This document shows positions 8,539 through 18,587 of a DNA stretch of 50,577 bases, piece after piece. Source of the DNA: an uncultured Clostridia bacterium (GTDB lineage Bacteria > Bacillota > Clostridia > Christensenellales > CAG-917). A model generated the notes under the pieces. It was not told the DNA's origin and made no database searches. It saw nothing but the letters and a program-made list of their open reading frames with translations. Each line of letters starts with the position of its first letter. Within the stretch, counting starts at the first letter, position 1. A program made the position numbers and the translations under genes. The DNA lies in the NCBI GenBank assembly GCA_947383095.1, contig CANDBZ010000002.1, positions 1 through 50,577 on the forward strand. The letters are read 5' to 3'.

Positions 8539-9894
8539 ATGTCATACATCAACGAAGTCATTGAGCAAACCGAGAAAAGAAACGCGGACCAAAAAGAGTT
8601 TTTGCAGACAGTAAAAGAAGTCCTCGGCTCCCTCGCGCCCGTTATTGAGGAAAACGAGGCTTTATATCGCAAATACTGCATTTTGGAAAGAATAGTGGAG
8701 CCCGACCGCCAGATCATTTTCCGCGTGCCGTGGATGGACGACAAGGGAGTCTGCCACGTCAATCGCGGCTACAGAGTGCAATTCAACGGCGCTATTGGTC
8801 CTTATAAAGGCGGACTGCGCTTCCAGCCAAACGTCAATCTTTCGATCATGAAATTTCTGGCGTTCGAGCAAACGTTCAAAAATTCCCTCACCACCCTCCC
8901 CATGGGCGGCGCAAAGGGCGGCAGCGACTTCGACCCGCGCGGCAGAAGCGACGACGAGATCATGCGCTTTTGTCAATCATTCATGAACGAGCTGTATCGT
9001 CACATCGGTCCCAACCTCGACGTTCCCGCAGGAGATATGGGCGTCGGCGGCAGAGAGATAGGATATCTCTTCGGTCAATACAAAAAAATACGCAACGGCT
9101 TCGAGAACGGCGTGCTCACCGGCAAAGGCATGTCGTACGGCGGCAGCAACATAAGACCGGAGGCCACGGGATACGGCGCGGTTTATTTCCTCGAGGAAAT
9201 AATGAAACATCAAAAAGACTCGATTAGAGGCAAGGTTTTTTGCCTTTCGGGTTACGGCAACGTCGCTTGGGGCGCGGCAAAGAAGCTATCCGAATTGGGC
9301 GGAAAGGTCGTCACGATTTCCGGCAGTGAAGGCTATATTTACGATAAGGACGGCATAAGCGGAGAAAAAGTCGATTTCATGACGCATATGCTCGCCTTAC
9401 GCGCGGAGGGAAAGAGCGCGCTGCAAGCATACGTAGAAAAATTCGGCGGCGAATTCCATAAGGGCGAAAAGCCCTGGGGCAAGGTCAAAGCGGACGTATA
9501 TATGCCCTGCGCCATGCAAAACGAGATAAATCTCGACGACGCGAAAAAAATGATCGGGCTCGGCGTAAGATATCTTTGCGAGGTTTCCAATATGCCCACG
9601 GCAAACGACGCATTGGATCTGCTTGTCGAAAACGGGGTAATAGTCGCTCCCGCAAAAGCGGCGAACGCTGGCGGCGTCGCGGTGAGCGGCCTCGAAATGT
9701 CCCAAAACAGCCAACGCTTGAGCTGGTCGTCGCAGCAGGTGGACGATATGCTTAAAAACATCATGAAGAGCATACACGAAAACATCGTGCAAACGCTCGA
9801 AAAATACGACTTGCCCTACAATCTCATTCAGGGGGCGAATCTCGCGGGATTCAAAAAGGTTGCGGACGCAATGCTTGCGCAGGGACTCTATTGA
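8539..9894 (+). CDS. gdhA: NADP-specific glutamate dehydrogenase
   Basis: The 451-aa product has the GGAKGGSDFDP active-site region and the overall Glu/Leu/Phe/Val dehydrogenase pattern. AAGGAGG lies upstream. Confidence 0.95.
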   Translation: MSYINEVIEQTEKRNADQKEFLQTVKEVLGSLAPVIEENEALYRKYCILERIVEPDRQIIFRVPWMDDKGVCHVNRGYRVQFNGAIGPYKGGLRFQPNVNLSIMKFLAFEQTFKNSLTTLPMGGAKGGSDFDPRGRSDDEIMRFCQSFMNELYRHIGPNLDVPAGDMGVGGREIGYLFGQYKKIRNGFENGVLTGKGMSYGGSNIRPEATGYGAVYFLEEIMKHQKDSIRGKVFCLSGYGNVAWGAAKKLSELGGKVVTISGSEGYIYDKDGISGEKVDFMTHMLALRAEGKSALQAYVEKFGGEFHKGEKPWGKVKADVYMPCAMQNEINLDDAKKMIGLGVRYLCEVSNMPTANDALDLLVENGVIVAPAKAANAGGVAVSGLEMSQNSQRLSWSSQQVDDMLKNIMKSIHENIVQTLEKYDLPYNLIQGANLAGFKKVADAMLAQGLY

Positions 9895-9905
9895 CAAACC
9901 TTAAT

Positions 9906-9936
9906 AAAAGCCCCGTCGTCGACGGGGCTTTTTTAT
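9906..9936. terminator. bidirectional intrinsic terminator
   Basis: aaaagccccgtc-gtc-gacggggctttttt. Confidence 0.75.
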
Positions 9937-9951
9937 TTGATATTTGCTTAT

Positions 9952-10836
9952 TCAGTCTCCAAACAAGACGGATTTGCGCACGTCCGTAGTCACATAATCC
10001 ACGCCGTATTCCAAAGCCAAACAGGCGATATCCCTCGCCTTATTCACAGTCCATACGCCGACCTTCAGCCCCGCCTTGTGGAACATATCCGCCAAGCCTT
10101 TCGTGAGATATTTCCAATCGCAGGAAACGTTTATTCTGCTGTCGATAAGCTTTTGCATTTTCTTCTTCACGCTTGCGCCTGCGTCCGCCATATCGCGCGC
10201 CAGACCCATTATCGTGAACTGATGCAGCTCTACTTCCGCGTCTTTGCCGCGAATATATTTCAATATTGAATGATGGAAAGACCCGTACACCGCTCGCACG
10301 CCGGAAGCCGCAACCTTGCTCATGATGACATCAATATCTTCAGTCGAAAGCGACCTGTCTTTGATTTCTACTATAGCGACCTTATTCCCGCCTTTGCAAA
10401 TTTGCAAATAATCTTCAAACCTGACCGCGCGTTCCTTTCGGTTTTTTCGCAGAGGCGTAGACAGCGCGACTTCGAGCGTAACGTCGCTTACGTTTTCTAT
10501 GCCGTTTAGCGAATTCGCGTCATGCATACACACTACGCCCTTATCCGCCGTCACCCACACGTCTGTTTCTATACCCCATGCGTCGGCGTCCTCCGCCGCC
10601 AATTCAAACGCCGTTTTGGTGTTTTGATACGCCTCGACGCTCAAGCCCCTGTGCGCGATAAACTTAATATCGCACGTCCGCGCGTCGAAAGCCGCGTTTA
10701 TTTTCTTATCTGACAACGTCAAAAATTTATAGCTGTTTACCAGCGTAAACAAAAGCGCGATTATCACCGCCGCGAGGACCAACGCCGCGGTCGCTGCTAT
10801 TATCAGCTTTATCCTTTTTGCTTTTTTTGATGTCAT
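9952..10836 (-). CDS. membrane-anchored glycerophosphodiester phosphodiesterase (GDPD) family protein
   Basis: IAHRGLS ... ETDVWVTADKGVVCMHD motifs and an N-terminal TM. I set the start at MTSKKAK, which has GGGAGGAA 4 nt upstream. The usual P-E-N-T motif reads Y-Q-N-T here. Confidence 0.8.
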   Translation of the reverse strand: MTSKKAKRIKLIIAATAALVLAAVIIALLFTLVNSYKFLTLSDKKINAAFDARTCDIKFIAHRGLSVEAYQNTKTAFELAAEDADAWGIETDVWVTADKGVVCMHDANSLNGIENVSDVTLEVALSTPLRKNRKERAVRFEDYLQICKGGNKVAIVEIKDRSLSTEDIDVIMSKVAASGVRAVYGSFHHSILKYIRGKDAEVELHQFTIMGLARDMADAGASVKKKMQKLIDSRINVSCDWKYLTKGLADMFHKAGLKVGVWTVNKARDIACLALEYGVDYVTTDVRKSVLFGD

Positions 10837-11070
10837 GCGTTCCTCCCGTCGCCGAAAAATCATTTATCACCCCGCTATAGGAGGTGATAAATCTGTGTTT
10901 GCTATTGCGTTTTTATAGTATTGATTTTAACACAGACTTTCTTTTTGTCAAGAAATATCGGGAATGATTTTCGCGTCGAACGCGAAAAATTTTTTCTTTG
11001 AACGCGTTTTTCGGCGCATATCTTGCGTCGCAGACGATTTCGCTCGAAATAACACTATTTATGCTTTTAT

Positions 11071-12558
11071 ATGCTCAAAACGGCTTATAAACATGCCGTT
11101 GCGGCAATAATCGTCACTGTGAAAATAGATGAATTTATACCTTTGATAAAACAGACGTTTTGCGAAAGCGACGACCTCAAATGCCGCGAGCTGACGGTGG
11201 CGGGGGTCCGTTGCGCCTTTGCTTACATCGACGGAGGCACGGACAAGCTGCTGCTTGAGCAAAATATAATTATGCCGCTTCGCAATGCGGAGCGGTTTGA
11301 GCCGCCCTATCTCGACGCGCTTACGCAAACAGTCGTATACTCCGAGGATATCACGCCCGTACCTCTTTCCAACTGCGCGGGTCCCGTCGCCGAAGGCGAC
11401 GTGGCGTTTATCATCGAGGACGACGAAACCGCCTACGTATTTTCGTTGCGCAAGCCGGAAAAACGCTCCGTGACGGAGCCGCCCACCTCAAGCGTACTCA
11501 AAGGTCCGCGCGAGGGATTTATAGAGGAGCTTAAGACCAATCTTTCCATATTGCGCCGCCGCATCAAAACGCCGGATCTGGCTGTGAGATTTTTCCAGGT
11601 GGGCAGATATTCCACAACGTCGGTCGCGGTGCTTCATATGCACGGCATTGCCGACGATAAAATAGTCTCCGAAATATGCGACAAGATAAGCCGCATCGAT
11701 ATAGACGGCGTTATCGACAGCGCGTACGTCACTTCTTTCATACAAAGCAAAAAAAATTCCTTCTTTTTGCAGGCCGGCACGACGGAAAAACCCGACGTCG
11801 CGGAGGCTAAACTTCTCGAGGGCCGCATAGTGATCCTCGTGGACGGCTCGCCCATCGCGGTCACGCTGCCCTATCTCGTCTTTGAAGACGTGCAGGACGG
11901 CTACGACTATTATTCGGGCGATTGGCGCGCTTCGATGATAAGGATATTCCGCGTCATGGGCGCGCTTCTGACAATATTTCTGCCGGGCGCGTATATAGCG
12001 TTGCAGACCTACCACTTTCAACTTCTGCCTCTCAAGTTTCTGATGACGCTCATGGCGGCGACGACGGGCATTCCCTTCCCGCCCGCAATAGAGATGCTTG
12101 TGGTGCTCATTCTCTTTGAGATCTTAAACCAAGCGTCCTTGCGCATGCCTCGATACTTGGGCATATCGCTGTCCGTGGTCGGCGCGATAGTGCTCGGAGA
12201 CACCGCGGTGAAATCCGGCCTTATATCCTCGCCATCCGTGCTTGTGATAGCGCTGTCGGCGATAGGCATATTCTGCGTGCCAGATCAGGTCGGCACACTT
12301 TCGATATTGAGACTGCTCTTCCTGTGTATCAGTGCGGTCACCGGCTTTGTGGGCATGATCATACTCGCTATTGTTATAGTCGCCTATCTCTCAAGCCTTG
12401 AAAATTTCGGCGCGCCGTACCTTGCGCCGTACGCGCCGCGTATCAATCCCGACCTTCAGGACGGAATACTGAAGAGCGGAACGTCGACCATAGAAAGACG
12501 ACCTTATTCTATCCCCAACGTCAACCGCACCCGCATGAAAAAAAATCCGAAGAGATAA
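11071..12558 (+). CDS. spore germination protein, GerA-family A subunit
   Basis: The 495-aa product has GerA-family sequence (GFIEELKTNLSILRRRIKTPDL, VDGSPIAVTLPYLVFE) and a C-terminal membrane domain. Confidence 0.9.
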   Translation: MLKTAYKHAVAAIIVTVKIDEFIPLIKQTFCESDDLKCRELTVAGVRCAFAYIDGGTDKLLLEQNIIMPLRNAERFEPPYLDALTQTVVYSEDITPVPLSNCAGPVAEGDVAFIIEDDETAYVFSLRKPEKRSVTEPPTSSVLKGPREGFIEELKTNLSILRRRIKTPDLAVRFFQVGRYSTTSVAVLHMHGIADDKIVSEICDKISRIDIDGVIDSAYVTSFIQSKKNSFFLQAGTTEKPDVAEAKLLEGRIVILVDGSPIAVTLPYLVFEDVQDGYDYYSGDWRASMIRIFRVMGALLTIFLPGAYIALQTYHFQLLPLKFLMTLMAATTGIPFPPAIEMLVVLILFEILNQASLRMPRYLGISLSVVGAIVLGDTAVKSGLISSPSVLVIALSAIGIFCVPDQVGTLSILRLLFLCISAVTGFVGMIILAIVIVAYLSSLENFGAPYLAPYAPRINPDLQDGILKSGTSTIERRPYSIPNVNRTRMKKNPKR

Positions 12559-12566
12559 CAACCGCC

Positions 12567-13826
12567 ATGAAACGAACAAGAGTACAACACGGAATTTACA
12601 AAAACCTGCCGTCCAACGCAATATACAACAGTCAGGCGGCAAACGTCATTTTCGCCATAGGCATAGCGTTCAAGCTTTCCACCGCGCCGAGCGTCATATC
12701 GCAGGAGTACGGTTCGTCCACGCTGTGGGTATATCTCATACTGTCCGCGGCGGAGCTTATCCTCACCGTCTGCATATTCGCTTTTGCGAGAATGCGCGGC
12801 GACGGACTTCTGCGGTCTACGGGCAGCGTATTATACCGCGTTTGCTGCGGGATCGCCGCCCTTTGGCTGACCGCAAAAGGAACGTTTTATTTTTGCTATT
12901 GCGCGGCGTATCTTGCCCACGAGCAATTCGGCGGAGTTGAACCGACCTTGTTTTACCTGCTGCTTTTGGCGCCGATAATCTATCTCGGCATAAAAGGCTC
13001 CCGCTCGATTGCGCGTACGGGCGAAATTTTTGTGCCGGTATTTTTTGCGCTGATCGTGCTCAATCTCATTTTTCTGGAAACAGATTTGGATATAGGCAGA
13101 AATCTGCCCGTGTTCTCCATGGAACCGTCAAGCTTCTTCAAGGGCCTTCCGAAATACGGTCTGTGGCTGGGCGACGCGCTGCCCTTCGCCTTTCTGCGCA
13201 TAAAAAACAAACGTCTGCCGTATGTCACGGGAGGCGTCGCCGTCACCTTCGCGCTTGTCAACATAATAATATTTTTGGGAGTCTCGATATACGGCGAGGC
13301 GCTGAAAACCGTCACGGATCTGCTTATAAGGATAGCGGGCTTCAATCAGCTTTCCATGGATATAGGCAGGATGGAGTGGACGAATCTGTTTGCGGTGATC
13401 GCGCTGTCCATCATCTCGCTGTCGTTCGTATTCTTCGGCTGTACGGCGGCTGCGGAACGCGCAACAGGCTACAGCCTGCCGTCGAAAATAATTTTCCCAG
13501 CTGTCGTCGCAATCACGGTCTTATTCTCGCAATCCTCTCAAGCGGTAGCCCAATTCGCCGTAGGGCTGACGGGCTATATCCTCATGGCGCTTGCGATTGC
13601 GCTGCCGCTGATCCTGCTTGCGTTGGCGATATACACTAAAAAGAAATACGCGGGCTTGTATAAATGCCTTGACGCCGAATATCGACCTCATCCGCCGTTG
13701 AGACCGAGCAATCCGTACAGCCTCGCCGACAACGTGCTCGCAGGCATGAAGGAGAACGCGACGCAAACTCAAAACGTGCTCGAAAACGGCTCGTTACAGC
13801 CCGATACACAGGAGAACGGACAATGA
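12567..13826 (+). CDS. spore germination protein, GerAB-type permease subunit
   Basis: A 419-aa polytopic membrane protein sitting between the A and C subunits. Confidence 0.8.
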   Translation: MKRTRVQHGIYKNLPSNAIYNSQAANVIFAIGIAFKLSTAPSVISQEYGSSTLWVYLILSAAELILTVCIFAFARMRGDGLLRSTGSVLYRVCCGIAALWLTAKGTFYFCYCAAYLAHEQFGGVEPTLFYLLLLAPIIYLGIKGSRSIARTGEIFVPVFFALIVLNLIFLETDLDIGRNLPVFSMEPSSFFKGLPKYGLWLGDALPFAFLRIKNKRLPYVTGGVAVTFALVNIIIFLGVSIYGEALKTVTDLLIRIAGFNQLSMDIGRMEWTNLFAVIALSIISLSFVFFGCTAAAERATGYSLPSKIIFPAVVAITVLFSQSSQAVAQFAVGLTGYILMALAIALPLILLALAIYTKKKYAGLYKCLDAEYRPHPPLRPSNPYSLADNVLAGMKENATQTQNVLENGSLQPDTQENGQ

Positions 13827-14980
13827 AAAAACTAAATATTCCATCGTATCTTGCAAGAACAAAATGGTTTTTGCTGCTCATCGCAGTCTTGCTGCTGATA
13901 GTTTTCGGACGGACCGTCAACAGTCCCGAGCTGACAAAAACGGCGATCGTGCTGGGCGCGGGACTCGATTATTCGGAAGAAACCGAGGAATTTATCGTGA
14001 CTACGCAGTCCGTGCTTATGGCGTCCTCCGCCACCGAGGGCGCGGGGCAAACATCCTATAATACCTACACCGCAAAGGGAAAATCCATTGCCTCTGCGCT
14101 GGACGATATTTCGCGCAAAATGGGGTTAATCGTATCGCTTGCGCACTGTAATGTCATTTTTGTGTCGCAATCCATCCTCAAGCTCGACCACGTGCAGCTT
14201 ATCTATCCGCTCACGGGAATGTACAGTCTGCCCGAGCATGCCGTTATCGTTACAGGCGAAAAAAGCCCGCGGGAAATGCTTGCCGTCCAGATCGGCACGA
14301 CCGTCAGCTCGCCTTATTTTTTGCAGCTCGCACTGTCCACCAAGGAGGGGACCAACGGCATGATAAGGACAAATATCAAGGATTTTCTCGCACGCTCTCT
14401 GTCAAGAAGCCACGCAACCGCGATACCTTATATAACCTTAAAGGAGTTGCCGGACCAGCCGCTCGGTCAGGACGGCGAAAAAGAGGACAATTATGAGTTC
14501 GACCTCTCCAGCGTAATGGTGTTCAACCGTGAAAAAAGCGAGATAGTCGAAGATAAATTGGCAGAAGCGCTGTCGCTGTATATGACAAAATCCACCTTCG
14601 GGGCGATAAACTATAAATCCGAAAACGGCGAAACGGTCGAGTTTCGCATTCTCAACAAAAACATAAATACGAAGGCGGAAGGCAGATCGGTCAAGGCGGA
14701 AATGGAATTGACAGTGGAGCTTCTCGACGTGCAGTTTATAGACACTTCCGATGTGCTTACCGGCGCAGATAAAAAGATAAAAGAAGCCGCCGCCGCGCTC
14801 GGAGAGGAACTGACGGGCATACTCAACAAGCTTTTTGAGCTTTCAAAAGAATGGAATATAGACTTTCTCGGACTTCAGGCAAAAGCATATCAGTCCGTGG
14901 GACGCACTCTCGAGGAAGACTGTCTTAAAACGCTGTCCTTCCAACCGACGGTAAAGCTTCAGGTCAAAGAAACGGCGTGA
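13823..14980 (+). CDS. Ger(x)C-family germinant receptor subunit
   Basis: 385 aa, ATGA overlap with the B subunit and third position in the operon. The N-terminal hydrophobic segment has no lipobox Cys. Confidence 0.75.
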   Translation: MKKLNIPSYLARTKWFLLLIAVLLLIVFGRTVNSPELTKTAIVLGAGLDYSEETEEFIVTTQSVLMASSATEGAGQTSYNTYTAKGKSIASALDDISRKMGLIVSLAHCNVIFVSQSILKLDHVQLIYPLTGMYSLPEHAVIVTGEKSPREMLAVQIGTTVSSPYFLQLALSTKEGTNGMIRTNIKDFLARSLSRSHATAIPYITLKELPDQPLGQDGEKEDNYEFDLSSVMVFNREKSEIVEDKLAEALSLYMTKSTFGAINYKSENGETVEFRILNKNINTKAEGRSVKAEMELTVELLDVQFIDTSDVLTGADKKIKEAAAALGEELTGILNKLFELSKEWNIDFLGLQAKAYQSVGRTLEEDCLKTLSFQPTVKLQVKETA

Positions 14981-15192
14981 CTCCGTCACCTCGGTATCGA
15001 AAAACGAATAAAGTAAATCGAGGTGTTATATGGATTTTTTGCTGCCAGACAATGACACTATGGAGCTGATGCGGCAGGAATTTGCGCGCGTATGCGGCAA
15101 CGGAGCCGCGCGAGCCCTTGCCTGCGGGGAAACGGAGCCCGCGTACATAAACAACGGTATGCCCTTAAGAAATACTGCGTTGCTTTTATTTC

Positions 15193-15221
15193 TTTACTTT
15201 ATATCGCAATTGAGATATAAT
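15193..15221 (+). promoter_or_regulatory. candidate sigma-A promoter ending 7 nt before the ATG at 15229 (possible leaderless transcript)
   Basis: TTTACT, a 17-nt spacer, then TATAAT. There is no SD before the 15229 ATG. Confidence 0.35.
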
Positions 15222-15228
15222 ATGAGCT

Positions 15229-16899
15229 ATGGAACTCAAATTTTTGACTCCGACAGAAGTATGGGACGGCTTCGATCCGTCCGCTCTGCCTTTGGAAAGC
15301 TCAATAATCTCTTCTGAATCCGCGGACAATCTCGTCTGCACGAAGCAGTATTTCACTGCGGAGGAAACGGCGCAGGGGCGCGTCCGCGCATATATGGAGA
15401 TATACTTCGACAGCCGTTGGGCGGACGCCCGCGCGGCGATCATGCTGTTGCCGTCGTGCGCAAGCAAGGACTACGCGCCCATAGTAAGGTCCCTCGTTGC
15501 GGAGGGCTATGCGGTTTGTCTGTTGGATTATTGCGGCGGAATAGTCGACGAAACGGACAAAACAACATTCCCGCAGGACTTGGACTTCGCCTCTTATCCC
15601 GCATGTATGACAAAACTTGACGTCATTGCCGACAATGCGCGAAACACCCCCTGGTTCGTCTGGAGCAAGACTACTCGCCGAGCAATATCTCTTCTCGCCG
15701 AGCAAAATATCGTAGACAGCGCGCATATAGGCATAATAGGCATGGGCGAGGGCGCTCACGTCGCTTGGCAGGTCGCCGCTATGGACGCTCGCGTCCGCGC
15801 GCTTGTCGCGGTTGGCGATTGCGGATACAGATGGGCGAAAAATAAACCCCGTTTTTTGGACGGCAACGTCCCCGCCACAGACGAAGAACGCGCCTTTTCC
15901 ACAGGCGTAGGCGCGGAGACGTACGCCAAATTCGTGCACTGCCCGACCCTGCTCGTCATGCCGCGCTCGTCTCATATGTCAGACGTGGACAGAGCCGGCG
16001 ACATACTCGCTCTTGTAAAATCCGAACGTAAACAGCTTATTATCGGAGGCGGCAACGAGGTGCAATTCACGCGCACGGCTTTCAACGTAATGTTGGGTTG
16101 GCTCCGCGACAGCTTTACAGTCAATCCTGACGCCGCGACGGATTCGCCCTCCGCGTCCTTTGAAAACATAGACGGCAAGCTGTATCTGAAGCTTTTCACC
16201 GCGCACAAGGCGGTAAAATCAGAGGTATACGTCTGCTACGGCGAGGCGATATCCAGCGCAAGGCATTGGGACGTGCTGTCCGATCTGCAAAAAATAGATA
16301 CCCACCTGTACACCGTACGCGTGCCCGTATTCGATCCGAACGAGCTGATCGTCGCATATGCGTCATTTACGTATACGAACGGAAACTGCATTTCTACGCC
16401 CTTACAGGCGGTCGTGCCCGTCAAAACGGGCGTGCAAAAAAGCGATTCTCTGCGCGAATCGTCGCGTATCATCTACGACGGGAGCATGGGACTCGGCTCG
16501 TTCTCATGTCTCAACGGAGAAGCTATCCTTGAAGAAAACTTTTTGAAACAGGAAGTGGGTCCGTTTGACATCAAGGGCATAACCACATCGTCCGGAGGCC
16601 TGTCGCTTTGCCGCAGCGCGGCGGAAGTCGCGTCCCTCGACAACACGTCGACGCTACACTTTGACGCATACTCCGCGGAGGAAAGAGAGCTTTCCGTCTG
16701 CATGTACACTTATCCGGAGCTAAAGAAATACACCGCTTTTGCGGAGCTTATGGGCGGCGAATTCTGGCAAAAACTCATTTTACACTGCGCGGATTTCAAA
16801 AGCGAAGAGGGAAAAACGCTCGCAAAATTTGCGGACGCAAAAATACTGTTTATAAACGACGCAAGCGGCGTTATATTCAACAATTTTTTGTGGATTTAA
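15229..16899 (+). CDS. alpha/beta-hydrolase-fold-like protein (AXE1/dienelactone-hydrolase-like N-terminal half) with an uncharacterised C-terminal half
   Basis: The 556-aa product has a nucleophile-elbow-like segment, HIGIIGMGEGAHVAWQVAAMDARVRALVAVGD, which reads G-M-G-E-G instead of G-x-S-x-G. Confidence 0.55.
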   Translation: MELKFLTPTEVWDGFDPSALPLESSIISSESADNLVCTKQYFTAEETAQGRVRAYMEIYFDSRWADARAAIMLLPSCASKDYAPIVRSLVAEGYAVCLLDYCGGIVDETDKTTFPQDLDFASYPACMTKLDVIADNARNTPWFVWSKTTRRAISLLAEQNIVDSAHIGIIGMGEGAHVAWQVAAMDARVRALVAVGDCGYRWAKNKPRFLDGNVPATDEERAFSTGVGAETYAKFVHCPTLLVMPRSSHMSDVDRAGDILALVKSERKQLIIGGGNEVQFTRTAFNVMLGWLRDSFTVNPDAATDSPSASFENIDGKLYLKLFTAHKAVKSEVYVCYGEAISSARHWDVLSDLQKIDTHLYTVRVPVFDPNELIVAYASFTYTNGNCISTPLQAVVPVKTGVQKSDSLRESSRIIYDGSMGLGSFSCLNGEAILEENFLKQEVGPFDIKGITTSSGGLSLCRSAAEVASLDNTSTLHFDAYSAEERELSVCMYTYPELKKYTAFAELMGGEFWQKLILHCADFKSEEGKTLAKFADAKILFINDASGVIFNNFLWI

Positions 16900-16926
16900 T
16901 GCGGTACGTCGCAATATAATTTACAT

Positions 16927-17541
16927 ATGCAGGAAGAATTTGAACCTATCGATTTAAATCCCAAAGCCACAAACACCCGCAAAATCATCATTGCGGTGAC
17001 GTGCGTTTTGCTTGTGGTTATATTGGCGGTCACAGCCGCCTTGCTTGTCAAGCGCTACGTCATAGAGACGTTTATAGTCGACGGCGTTTCGATGTATCCC
17101 ACTCTCGACGGCGGCAACGGTCCTTATCACGAATCCGGCTCCGACAATTCCCTGCGTCTTAACGGAGAAACGTTGTATCTCAATAAAGTCGCAAAAATAA
17201 AGCGCGGCGATATAGTGGTGTTCGACCGCCCCGACGATTGGTCGCTTTCCGCAACGGCGCTTGTAAAAAGAGTGATCGCCGTCGGCGGAGACCACGTTCA
17301 GATAATCGACAACGAGGTGTATGTCAACGGAGAGAAGCTTGAAGAGAATTATATTTACGAGCCTATGATAACCGACGACCTCGACGTTTGGGTGGAGGAA
17401 GGCAAGATATTTTGCATGGGCGACAACCGCAACAATTCCAGCGACTGCCGTCATCATCCGAGTCTCGTGCCGCTTGACAAGGTCAGGGGCAAATGCTTCC
17501 TTATAAAATCGATGAAAGGAAAGCTGCGCGTTTGCAAGTAG
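16927..17541 (+). CDS. lepB: signal peptidase I (S26)
   Basis: N-terminal TM, GVSMYPTL (Ser box), KRVIAVGGD (Lys box) and GDNRNNSSDCR. Confidence 0.93.
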   Translation: MQEEFEPIDLNPKATNTRKIIIAVTCVLLVVILAVTAALLVKRYVIETFIVDGVSMYPTLDGGNGPYHESGSDNSLRLNGETLYLNKVAKIKRGDIVVFDRPDDWSLSATALVKRVIAVGGDHVQIIDNEVYVNGEKLEENYIYEPMITDDLDVWVEEGKIFCMGDNRNNSSDCRHHPSLVPLDKVRGKCFLIKSMKGKLRVCK

Positions 17542-17642
17542 CTTTTGTCTTGCGGACGCAGCTTTTGAAAGAAAACCGACAGCGGCTAAACGCCGATACG
17601 GCCATGATAAATGATACCGCCGACCTTACGGCCCCGTTGCCG

Positions 17643-18587
17643 TCAGTCGGCGTTTTTATTTTGCTTTTTACCGGCGTGTCTTATAAGAGGCGCGCGTTTC
17701 TTGCCCGTGAGATAAGCGACCAAAACGTATACACCTATGAGCACGATCACCGTCAGCGCCAATACTATGTACGACGCTGCCACCGAGACCTTTGCGCCGA
17801 AAAAATACAGATTGCAATCGACCGAATCTTTTATGCCTTCTATCAACTGCGGCGGCGCGCCCAATTTTTGAACCTCCTGCAACGGCCCTTGCAAAAAGTG
17901 ATTGCGCACCAGCGACGTGCCGTACGTCCCCGGCAAAAGTCCGAAAACCTTCTGCAGCCCGCTGCCCATCGAGGAAATGGGCATATACGCTCCGCAGAAG
18001 AAGCCGTAGCCCGCGCTCACTATCGTGCCGACCGCCGACGACTGACCCTGCGTGCTTATAAAGCAATTGATTATGGACGAAAGCGCCGTGCCGAACAGCG
18101 TCAGCAGGATTATGTCCAGAATTATCAAAAACACGTCGCCCGCCGACAAAAACCAACCCGACGCGCCTACGTAAATAAAGCACACAAGCATAGCGGCAAT
18201 ACAGATGATCAATGTCACCGCAAGCGTCGCCGCAAAATAGGACAGCGCTACCAATGATTTTTTGACCGGAGTGACGGAAAGATCCTTGCTCGCGCCGCTT
18301 ATCTTGTCCTGCACCATGACCATATTGGAGCAAAACGAGACGGTCACGCAAATGACTGCGAGCATCGAGGACGCGACCTCGCCGCTCACCAAACCGCCTA
18401 TGACCTTGTCGGGCATGGCAAATCCCTCGGGCATGCCGCCGGCGATGCCGTCCCGGTACACGTCCGCCAAAAACGTGACGTAAAGCACAAGCAGGATAAT
18501 AGGCGTGATCATGGACACCAAAAACAGGCCCTTATCCTTGAAAAACATCTTCATATTGCGCGCCGCAAGCGTCATAAACGTCTTCAT
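17643..18587 (-). CDS. ABC-2 type transporter permease
   Basis: A 314-aa protein with about 6 TM helices and a 4-nt overlap with the upstream ATPase gene. Confidence 0.85.
   Translation of the reverse strand: MKTFMTLAARNMKMFFKDKGLFLVSMITPIILLVLYVTFLADVYRDGIAGGMPEGFAMPDKVIGGLVSGEVASSMLAVICVTVSFCSNMVMVQDKISGASKDLSVTPVKKSLVALSYFAATLAVTLIICIAAMLVCFIYVGASGWFLSAGDVFLIILDIILLTLFGTALSSIINCFISTQGQSSAVGTIVSAGYGFFCGAYMPISSMGSGLQKVFGLLPGTYGTSLVRNHFLQGPLQEVQKLGAPPQLIEGIKDSVDCNLYFFGAKVSVAASYIVLALTVIVLIGVYVLVAYLTGKKRAPLIRHAGKKQNKNAD

Noticed and set aside
15030-15317. 95-aa ORF with a decent SD (GAGGTG) upstream of the hydrolase-like gene
   Set aside because: It overlaps the start of the 556-aa gene by 89 nt in another frame and has no recognisable features. 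A shorter real peptide cannot be excluded, so it is left uncalled.
17493-18257. 254-aa plus-strand ORF, and the 227-aa minus-strand alternative frame at 17668-18351
   Set aside because: Both overlap the ABC-2 permease gene. Only the 314-aa frame gives a coherent 6-TM protein coupled to the ATPase gene.
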